From: a virus
IMG/VR virus record: IMGVR_UViG_3300025617_000009
Span: 32,001 to 96,000 of that record
DNA: 64,000 nucleotides
Strand: one strand, 5' to 3'
Under the pieces are notes generated by a model. It was given only the letters and a program-made list of their open reading frames with translations. It did not search any database and was not told the DNA's origin. The position numbers and the translations under genes are program-made. Positions 37,559-45,700 of this stretch are shown piece after piece. How positions within the stretch are numbered: position 1 is the first letter of the stretch; each line of letters begins with the position of its first letter.

Positions 37559-38425
37559 TTAAAATCCTCTATATTCATTGTTCCATCTTATTTTTTTAAC
37601 AAATGCATTAAAATCAGAATAACAGTCGATGTAACACTGTTCTACTGTATCTATCCAAATATCTACTTTTGGACTTAGAATCTGGTTGCAAGATAACGCT
37701 GGTAAAACACAAGATTCTGCAAACTCTTTGTGCTGTAAAATAGTTGGATGGTGTTCTGTTCTAAACTTTGTAGTTCCTATAATATTTTTAATTAAAAATC
37801 TATAACAAGGGTATTTGCTATTCCAGGCTGTTGATCCAACTGGTGCAATCCAATGTTTTTTATTTTCTGTAAAAAGTTTGTCTTTATATACGGTTAACTC
37901 TGGTATTTTATCCCAAATACTCTGTTCTTCTACATCTATCTTATCAACAGTTATGTCATTTCCTGGAACATCTGTGTTTAACTTTTCAATATCTCCCATA
38001 CTGGTCATTAACCAAGTACATCCTATATTTTTTAGTAGTTGTTGAGCAGTATTAATGCAGTTCAACGTATGCATTACATAACTTTTTTCATCCCAAAACT
38101 GATTAATCCATTTATTATCGTATATTCGTTGATTAATATTATTAAAGATACTTCCGCTAGTTTTCCAACCTTCTACAACTCCATGCCTTGCATCGGTTGT
38201 ATGCCAGTCGTGTCGAATATGGCTGGTCCATTGTATTATTACAGTATCATCTTTATTTAGATTATGCACTAGAGAAAGTTCTGATAATCTTTCCAATATT
38301 GCTCTATTACCTAAACCAGGCCACGCCCAGTTCTCATAAAAATCATATTGTTCTCCTAGCATGTCTGCCCAAGTTGGCCAGGCATAGCTAGAAAAACTAC
38401 AACCTATAGTAAATAATCTTGACAT
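37559..38425 (-). CDS. SGNH-fold hydrolase/acyltransferase-like protein
   Basis: N-terminal IGCSFS block, N.A.PG.GN, VIIQWT, C-terminal EHHPT...H. Confidence 0.6.
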   Translation of the reverse strand: MSRLFTIGCSFSSYAWPTWADMLGEQYDFYENWAWPGLGNRAILERLSELSLVHNLNKDDTVIIQWTSHIRHDWHTTDARHGVVEGWKTSGSIFNNINQRIYDNKWINQFWDEKSYVMHTLNCINTAQQLLKNIGCTWLMTSMGDIEKLNTDVPGNDITVDKIDVEEQSIWDKIPELTVYKDKLFTENKKHWIAPVGSTAWNSKYPCYRFLIKNIIGTTKFRTEHHPTILQHKEFAESCVLPALSCNQILSPKVDIWIDTVEQCYIDCYSDFNAFVKKIRWNNEYRGF

Positions 38426-39369
38426 TATTCCTCATGTTGAATTTTTCCTAAAATAACGTCTATTACATATTCTCTGATATCTTTGTCCATAGCCATTAAT
38501 CTTTCATTATGTCTATCAATTGATTCGTCCATGCAAATTCTAATAGGTGAATACTTTCTATCTTGTTGTCCTAAGTCTAAAACATCAAAATACTCGCAGT
38601 TGGGGTAAGAAACATTTATAGGATACGTTGCACCTGTAATGATAACTGTTGGAGTTTCTACAGTATAGGATAAATGTTGTCCAACACTATCACATCCTAT
38701 AAATTTATCTGCATATTTAATAACAGAAGCCCATTGTCTTAAGTTAAGTCCTTCTGGCATTGCAACTTCATCTTTTAGTTTTTCGCCTTTAAGATCCATA
38801 TGTATTTCACTCATTATGATAATTCCATAGTTATCTTTTTGTAGTGCTTTAATAATTTCTTTTAAATCATTAAATTCTATACTTCTACCAGTTTTATCAA
38901 TTAACGTAGAATCTAGTAATTCTATTCCTCTGCCAAATGGTTGTATAACTACAATTTTATCTTTTTTTGTTTTTTCTTTTACTTCAGTAACTATTTTTTT
39001 ACCAATGAGCAGTTCGTCTTTACTAAGATATAATTTTGGTTTAGGTAAATCTCTAATTCCTTTATTATTAATAACAAGATCAAATGCTTGTGACAAGTTA
39101 CAGTTTTGATTATAATAATCGTATTGTTGATAAGGTTCTGGCCAAATACAATCTCTATTTTTTAACATATTGTTAAAAAGATTTTTGGTCCAATTATCAT
39201 AAGCTTTATCATCTAATGTAGGATGACCTTTAAACATATCGGTGCCGCCTTCAGCAACAATAATAAAATCTTCGTCACCACTTTCTTCTGCATATTTTTC
39301 TAGTGCCGGAATTGAACAAAGCATGCGGCCGGCGCCGCCGTTTAAGAAAAAAGCTTTAGATCTTGACAT
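38425..39369 (-). CDS. GT-B glycosyltransferase, GT9 (heptosyltransferase)-like
   Basis: VVIQPFG, L.LRQWASVIKYADKFIGCDSVGQHLSY...P.VIITG.T resembles the GT9 DSGxxHLA donor-binding motif; N-terminal GG.GR.LC..P.L. Confidence 0.7.
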   Translation of the reverse strand: MSRSKAFFLNGGAGRMLCSIPALEKYAEESGDEDFIIVAEGGTDMFKGHPTLDDKAYDNWTKNLFNNMLKNRDCIWPEPYQQYDYYNQNCNLSQAFDLVINNKGIRDLPKPKLYLSKDELLIGKKIVTEVKEKTKKDKIVVIQPFGRGIELLDSTLIDKTGRSIEFNDLKEIIKALQKDNYGIIIMSEIHMDLKGEKLKDEVAMPEGLNLRQWASVIKYADKFIGCDSVGQHLSYTVETPTVIITGATYPINVSYPNCEYFDVLDLGQQDRKYSPIRICMDESIDRHNERLMAMDKDIREYVIDVILGKIQHEE

Positions 39370-39381
39370 AATTTCTCCATT

Positions 39382-39431
39382 AAAAAACCGATCGGTAAAG
39401 TATATATGTGTATACTTTAACTCGACCGGTT
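39382..39431 (-). terminator. Long hairpin plus U-tract directly before the GT9 RBS (terminator/attenuator)
   Basis: AACCGGTCG-AGT-TAAAGTATA...TATACTTTA-C-CGATCGGTT-TTTT-AAT-GGAG. Confidence 0.6.
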
Positions 39432-39445
39432 AATAATGGTTTAGA

Positions 39446-40111
39446 TTAAAAGAATGTAGGATAATCTACATCTGTTGGAAGTTTCCAATGAGGTATATCT
39501 GCATATTTTGTAGGAATATTTTCAAGGTATTCTTTGTACGCAGTTATTTCTGCTATTTGTTCATCAGTAAACCCGTGAGTTTCTGCATTGTCCAACTTGT
39601 TCTGCATGTCTGAAATCATGCTTAAACGACCGTCATTAAAATCATCAGCGGTTACGGCATGTGTTCTGTATTCAGGCCCTTCCCATTGTTGTAAATTAAA
39701 ATTGTAGGTATACCCTCCATTTAGCCCAGCAGTTTCATGATCGATTACACCAGTAGTTTCATCATAAGTATGTTCCCATGTAAAAGTTTCACCGTCTGCG
39801 TCAGTTAGTGTTTCAGTCCAGTCATTTGGATCGGCATGCGTATACGACAGCGTTAACGAAGAGGCAAGTGCAGGATTCTCGTCTGCATCCACGATAACAT
39901 ATTCCCATTGATTATGAGCCAAACTAGATGCATCTAAGGCTGGATCGTTTTCATCGTCGCTGCCTCGAATACTTGATCCAGTGCCTAATGCTGGATCTAA
40001 TTCTACTAGTAAATATCTTGGACCCGTATATGTAATATCAATGGTTCTTGTACCAGTTGACGAGTTTACATATGGCTCATCAGGTCTATTCCATGTAAAA
40101 GTTTTATTCAC
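39446..40111 (-). CDS. Putative tail-fibre assembly chaperone-like protein
   Basis: C-terminal R...I...EI.AYK.YL.NIP resembles the YRQALRDLP helix of phage tail-fibre chaperones; follows the Cys-rich pair. Confidence 0.5.
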   Translation of the reverse strand: MNKTFTWNRPDEPYVNSSTGTRTIDITYTGPRYLLVELDPALGTGSSIRGSDDENDPALDASSLAHNQWEYVIVDADENPALASSLTLSYTHADPNDWTETLTDADGETFTWEHTYDETTGVIDHETAGLNGGYTYNFNLQQWEGPEYRTHAVTADDFNDGRLSMISDMQNKLDNAETHGFTDEQIAEITAYKEYLENIPTKYADIPHWKLPTDVDYPTFF

Positions 40112-40120
40112 TTCTATCTC

Positions 40121-41092
40121 CTATGATTCAATAAATTTAATTCTAACTGCTCCGGCACCGCCGTATGTTGCGTGATCTCGAACATTACAGCATGCTGCTG
40201 GACCTGGAGCACCAGTTCCAAACGGTAGCCAATGTCCGCAACCAAATGTGTTATAACAACCATAATACCTGCCATTCCAGCAAGCATGATTTCTAGGTGG
40301 TGCATCAGGTGATCGATGTGCTGCTTGAAGAGCTTGGATAAAGTCTGTAGCTCCACTACCTGATCTTGGATGCATTGGTGAATCCCAGTCTGGTGTATAA
40401 CTAATTATTGCACCTTCTTCTGAATCATACATTCCTGGAGCCATTGGTACGTGATAAACCATTCTACATAGCTCCCAACCACCGTTTGAACAGCAGTAGA
40501 ATGTTACACATCCAATGTTACTTGGCTTGTTAACATCGCCGCCATAAGCAAGTCCGCACCATCTTCCGTTACCAATGTTACAAACAATACCGCATTCTGG
40601 CTGATTATCAAAACCGCAATTAGTGTGGCAAAAGTTATTACATCTAAAACATCTACTTGCAGCAGTATTTGGATTACATGTAGTACAACCGCCTAAGCCG
40701 CCTTCTGCACATATACATCCATCTGCTGTTGAAGAAGTCCAGCACAACATAGTAGGTGCTGAACACCCTCTAAAACAAAGAGCATCTGCGTCATTACATG
40801 CTTTGCCCATACATCCACAAATATAGTTATTGGCTGCAACTGTAATGGTTTTTTTACTGTACGATCCGCTGTTGCCAGGTATACCTCCTCCGCAACAGCA
40901 CATTTTAGCACTCGATCCGCCTGGGCCGATAGTTTCTATAATCGCTGTTCCTGGAGCTTTTGCACACCAACAAAATGTCCTACATGCATCATATGTAACA
41001 CTGTGTCCGTAGAAAAAGATTTCTCCGTCTTCGAGGTTATTCTCAATCGGATCTGACGATCTTTGTGCTAATAATCCTGATAATTTTGCCAT
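40121..41092 (-). CDS. Cys/Gly-rich putative fibre-tip protein A
   Basis: 32 Cys in 323 aa (hand count); GPGGSS..CCC, GNSG.YSKKT, AEGG, terminal GG.G.VRIKF Gly-rich domain. Confidence 0.7.
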   Translation of the reverse strand: MAKLSGLLAQRSSDPIENNLEDGEIFFYGHSVTYDACRTFCWCAKAPGTAIIETIGPGGSSAKMCCCGGGIPGNSGSYSKKTITVAANNYICGCMGKACNDADALCFRGCSAPTMLCWTSSTADGCICAEGGLGGCTTCNPNTAASRCFRCNNFCHTNCGFDNQPECGIVCNIGNGRWCGLAYGGDVNKPSNIGCVTFYCCSNGGWELCRMVYHVPMAPGMYDSEEGAIISYTPDWDSPMHPRSGSGATDFIQALQAAHRSPDAPPRNHACWNGRYYGCYNTFGCGHWLPFGTGAPGPAACCNVRDHATYGGAGAVRIKFIES

Positions 41093-41101
41093 ACTTAGAT
41101 C

Positions 41102-42076
41102 CTAATTCTCTATAAACTTAATTCTTGTCATTCCAACGCCGCCGGCTGTTCCTACATCTCGCATACCACTACACATTGTAGGAGCTGGTGCGCCGAATCC
41201 ATAAGGAATAAAGCTATAACATCCATTAGCTTCATAACAACCGCAACTTGTAAATCCGTTCCAACATCTTTTTAGGTCCCAACCACCACTAGGCTGTCTA
41301 CTTACACCTCGAACAGCTGCTTGGAATTGAATAGACCCTTGCCCACTTTGTCCACCGTATGCAGAGTTTTGATCATCGTGCGTAAATGTTAAAACAACAC
41401 CTTTATTAGAAAACATTCCTGCAGGTCCTGCAACATGTTGATGGAAACAGCAGTTGCAATTTGGATAACACCCAAGGAAACTCATACAACTTATTTTACC
41501 GTCACAGTTTGTGTCTCCACCATATGCATTTGCAACCCAATAGCCGTCGTAGTGATTACAAACAAGACCGCAGTTATCATTTGATAGTCTTGTAGTACAA
41601 TAGCCTTCGCATAAAAATCTACAATACGGGCTTATTGTACATGAACAATACGACATGCCTGCAATACCGCCTTCTGCACACATACATCCGTTTTCGCTTG
41701 CACCTACATAACAACATATGCTAGTAGGTTCTGAACATCCTCTACAACATATTTCGCTAGAGTTTATACAAGCTCGTCCGCTTACACCAGTTATATAACT
41801 ACTGCCATCAACGTCAAATGTTTTCTTCGAATAAGCACCGCTGTTACCAGGAAGTCCTGCAGCACAACAACATTGTCTTGAACTTGAGCCGCCCGCGCCC
41901 CAAATTTCTAATACTGCCGTACCTAACCGACCTTGTGACTGCCAGCACCAATCTACAGCAAAGTTGTTATTTTGGTTTCCTGACACAAAAGAATATATTT
42001 CACCTTGTTCAAGGTTTAGTTCGCCGACAGAATACGTATCTGCTTTTTGTGCTAATAAATCTGACAATGTTGCCAT
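41102..42076 (-). CDS. Cys/Gly-rich putative fibre-tip protein B (paralog of A)
   Basis: 30 Cys in 324 aa (hand count); same motifs, collinear with A. Confidence 0.7.
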   Translation of the reverse strand: MATLSDLLAQKADTYSVGELNLEQGEIYSFVSGNQNNNFAVDWCWQSQGRLGTAVLEIWGAGGSSSRQCCCAAGLPGNSGAYSKKTFDVDGSSYITGVSGRACINSSEICCRGCSEPTSICCYVGASENGCMCAEGGIAGMSYCSCTISPYCRFLCEGYCTTRLSNDNCGLVCNHYDGYWVANAYGGDTNCDGKISCMSFLGCYPNCNCCFHQHVAGPAGMFSNKGVVLTFTHDDQNSAYGGQSGQGSIQFQAAVRGVSRQPSGGWDLKRCWNGFTSCGCYEANGCYSFIPYGFGAPAPTMCSGMRDVGTAGGVGMTRIKFIEN

Positions 42077-42094
42077 TATAAAAACTCCGTTATG

Positions 42095-42427
42095 TTATAC
42101 GCTGCCTACAATCCAACCGTATGTTGCACCAGTGTAGATTAGTGTTACAATAGAACCTGCAACATCAATTGTTAAGTCTTCAGCTGCGCCTTGGATCAAC
42201 GAACCATTTCTTCCAACAGTAACAGCATTGCCTGATGCACTACCAGTTACGTCAATAATTTCAATAGTATCGTTTAATAACAACGTTGAGTTAGCTGGCA
42301 ATGTAATAGTAATTGCTCCTCCTGAAACATCTGCTAAAATTCTTTCATTAACAGCTGCATCATGATTTGCGCTAACTTCTTTTGTTACTACTCCTGCTGT
42401 TCCAGTTGTGGTAATATATCTTCCCAT
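42095..42427 (-). CDS. Small tail-fibre-repeat-like structural protein
   Basis: D.SGGAITITLPA...I.IID.....N.VTV.RNG..I.G...DL...L.Y.....GW resembles a T4 gp34-type repeat. Confidence 0.7.
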   Translation of the reverse strand: MGRYITTTGTAGVVTKEVSANHDAAVNERILADVSGGAITITLPANSTLLLNDTIEIIDVTGSASGNAVTVGRNGSLIQGAAEDLTIDVAGSIVTLIYTGATYGWIVGSV

Positions 42428-42446
42428 TTGTGTTTCCTTTGTTTAG

Positions 42447-42453
42447 TATTTAT
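42447..42453 (-). promoter_or_regulatory. Late promoter ATAAATA heading the Cys-rich/GT9/carbamoyltransferase block
   Basis: ATAAATA-ctaaac-AAAGGA-aacacaa-ATG. Confidence 0.65.
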
Positions 42454-42770
42454 GCTGTCGGTGTTTCTATTCCCATCACTACTGCACTAACATTTGCGCC
42501 GCTTGTCCAGGCAACAACTTGTTTACCTGCATCAACTACAATGCCAGTTCTTTCTAACACACCTTTACCTAAGAGTTCTGTTTCATACTCTATAAATTCA
42601 GCATTTGTAGGTGTTGCGTTATCGGCGATAGCAATTCTTATAGTCGCAGCCTGATTGCCGCGATTAACCATATTGATACTTAATACGCAATATCTATTTG
42701 TAGGCACAGTATAAACCGTTGTATAAGTTGCTGTACTTAAATTTTCTGAGCCTAATATTCCAGTAGCCAT
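42450..42770 (-). CDS. Small beta-rich virion adaptor-like protein
   Basis: 106 aa, YTVP...N.VNR...IRIAI...LERTGIV; resembles 53170..53499. Confidence 0.6.
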   Translation of the reverse strand: MATGILGSENLSTATYTTVYTVPTNRYCVLSINMVNRGNQAATIRIAIADNATPTNAEFIEYETELLGKGVLERTGIVVDAGKQVVAWTSGANVSAVVMGIETPTA

Positions 42771-42781
42771 TTAAATCTCCG

Positions 42782-45700
42782 TTAATTCAATAAGAACATC
42801 TGCAATGCAATAGGTGCTCCATCAACAGGAGCATTGAATGTCATACTCGTATTTATGTTTAATGGCGAGCCATCTACTGTAGAAATCTGTTGTCCTGTAA
42901 TCTGAACTACACCTGCTGTTAAACTGTTAACATTAAGTGTTGCTGCTCCACCACCGATCTGCGATGTAATATAAGTCTTAATAGCTTTCTGTGTTGGTAC
43001 AACACTGTCACTATCTGCAGCAAATGTTCCGTCTGTACTAAATTCTGTAATGATTGCGCCAGTGCCGCCTAATGCTACAGAACCTAATTGTAGTTCGTTC
43101 AATCCTGAAATGTTAAACGCTTCAACGTTAAGTGTAGCAATACCAGTTGCCTGTTCAACGTTGAACAGTCCACCAACACGGAAGTTACCGTCTTGGTCCG
43201 TCGAAGTATAAAATACTCGTCCGCCGCCAAAGTCGTTTGTTTCGTTGTTTGGATCTGGATCGGTCAACGGATCATTTGGATAGTTAGTGCTAGTGAAGTT
43301 GCCTGTACCAATATCTAGGAAATCGTGTCCAGTTAGACGTACTTGCGAGAACCTACGTCTAATAGTAATAGCGTCATCGTGCGGTAAGTTATCACTGACG
43401 CTAATTTCTGGGCTTACTTGTAGAATTGCACTGTAAGGTCCATTGCCTATAAGACTTGTTACAGTTACTAGTTTAAACCAAGTGTTCGGTATACTAGCAA
43501 ACTCCACATTTGATCCAGGTAACGGTACATCGCTTAATCCGTCTACACGAACACGAGTACCATTTTGGAAAATATCAGAAAAACCGTCGCCGACGACTGT
43601 TGCACTTGCTGTGACAAACCCAGAACCTCTATTAGTCCAAGTAGGTTGACCTAATACACCGTCCCCTAATCTGACTTCGTGTGGCACAGCAGTTAGTTCG
43701 TTTGGATCTGTAATTGTGACTGTAGGAGGTGTTACATATCCTTGTCCAGGGTGTGTAATCCGAATTTCTACAACTTGATCGTCACTAACTCTAGCTCTGC
43801 CTCTTGCAGTATCTGCATACAGTCCGCTCAGAGGAGCACTAAATTCTACTCTTGGAGCAATATCATATGCTGTAGTTGTGTCTAAAAATGTTTCAATAGT
43901 AGTCCCGTCAACAACATGATCCCATCCTGGTGTGCCGTCGCTCATCTTTGAAATAGTAGCTATTTTGTTTCCGCTGTTAAAGTCTGTAATATAGCCATAT
44001 TGACCAGCGCCTCTACCCGATGTTAGATAAATTGCCATCCCGTTATATGCATCATCTGGACGTACATCTGTTGCAGAAAGTGTAATTTGAGTAGCGTTTC
44101 CTGCTTGTGCATTACTTGCAATAGTAACATAACCTTCGCCACCGAAATTATCACTAGGATTAGTTAAACGTACTTCTTTGACGGCACCGTCAAATACTTG
44201 AGCAGCATTAACTATTGCTCCAAATCCTTCGCCTGAGATTGTAAATCTAGTAGCATCGCCTATATTAGAAACACTTGCAGTAAATCCTGATCCAGTCCCG
44301 CCAATTTCACTTGCATCAAATGTAATAACATCATTGATCGCATGTCCGCTACCGCCTTTGGTAATTTCAAAAATTTCAACTCCGCCGACTTCGTTTACAA
44401 CAATAGTAAACTCTTGTCCTGTGCCTGAACCACCTGATGTACCAGAAACATTTTTATATGTGCCTGTAGTTCTAGTATTATCTTGTACTGCACTTGGCGG
44501 ATTCATAGCAATAATAGCGTCAGTTGCTGTAGTATATCCTTCTCCAGCGTGTAAATATTCTAGCTGTAAAATTTCATCAGTTCCGTCTGTGAATGCCAAA
44601 CTAATTTGTGCTTCTAATTGACGGTTGTCAACCACGCCTAGTACAGGAGTTTCTGTTTCGTCAATGCCTTCAGCAACTGAACCAAAATCACCGTAAGAGT
44701 TGTTACCGTTTGTTGCACGAATCTTACCACCGTTCTCTGCTAAGTAACCAATGTGATTATAGTAACAGAACACAGATACAAGTTCAGCTCGTCCTAAGTT
44801 AGTTACCCAGTAACCGATACCGTCTGATAGTATTTGTGTAAAGTCGTTTGCTACAATTGAATCATTACCGCCGTTGTGCAAGTTACCATCTACTTTACAG
44901 CCTACACATGCATCACCAAATGTTGTTACATTCTGTACGTAAGGCGATTTATTTTTAATCCATACTGCTGCATGCTCTGGGCCCCAGCCTGGATCAAGAG
45001 AAGTATAAGCGCCGCCTAGCGGTCGGCTAGTTCCGTATTGATTAGGACTGCTTAGTGTAGCGGTTGCATTGAATAATGTACAGTTACGCAATCCTGTACC
45101 ATTTCTCAAATAGAATAAATCTTTATCTCGTGATCCCACGACGCTATTCGCATACACCTTTGCTTTTGTAATGCTATTATAGTTACCTGTGTAGATTAAA
45201 TCGTGTTTAATTCCATCGATGTACTCTTTAACATCTCTTTTACAAGCATCGATGCTATAGTCGATTCCTGGATTTTGATCATGCACATAAGCTACTGCTT
45301 CAGCGGCTAAAAAGTCTTTGTTTGCTTCTAGTGTTTCTACAGCGTATGTATAATCTGTAGAAGTTACAGGATTGTTTACTCCTCTCAATTGCGGTTCTGT
45401 TGAATCACCTGATACACCGTTTACTGCCCAATCGATATAATCGTAAATTTCTTGCATTAAATCTGATGCTTCAGTACCTGCGTTTGATCCGCCAGCAGGT
45501 CTAGTTGTTACTTGAGTTTCTGTATTTGGTTCGTCACCTGTAGTTGTTGCTGTTACTGGAGTGTTTGTTACTACATCAGAAATAACATCTCTTAATCTTC
45601 CAATAGCTTGTAAACTGTAAGGAGTGTCAGCAGAGTCTACTAGCGATCCTGCTAATCCAATTCTAGTAGAACGTAGTTCGTCTCCTACAATTGCAGTGTT

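Noticed and set aside
40121-42076. Cys-rich proteins as multiheme cytochromes or RiPP precursors
   Set aside because: No CxxCH motifs, too long for RiPP precursors, and no radical SAM or leader-peptidase genes adjacent
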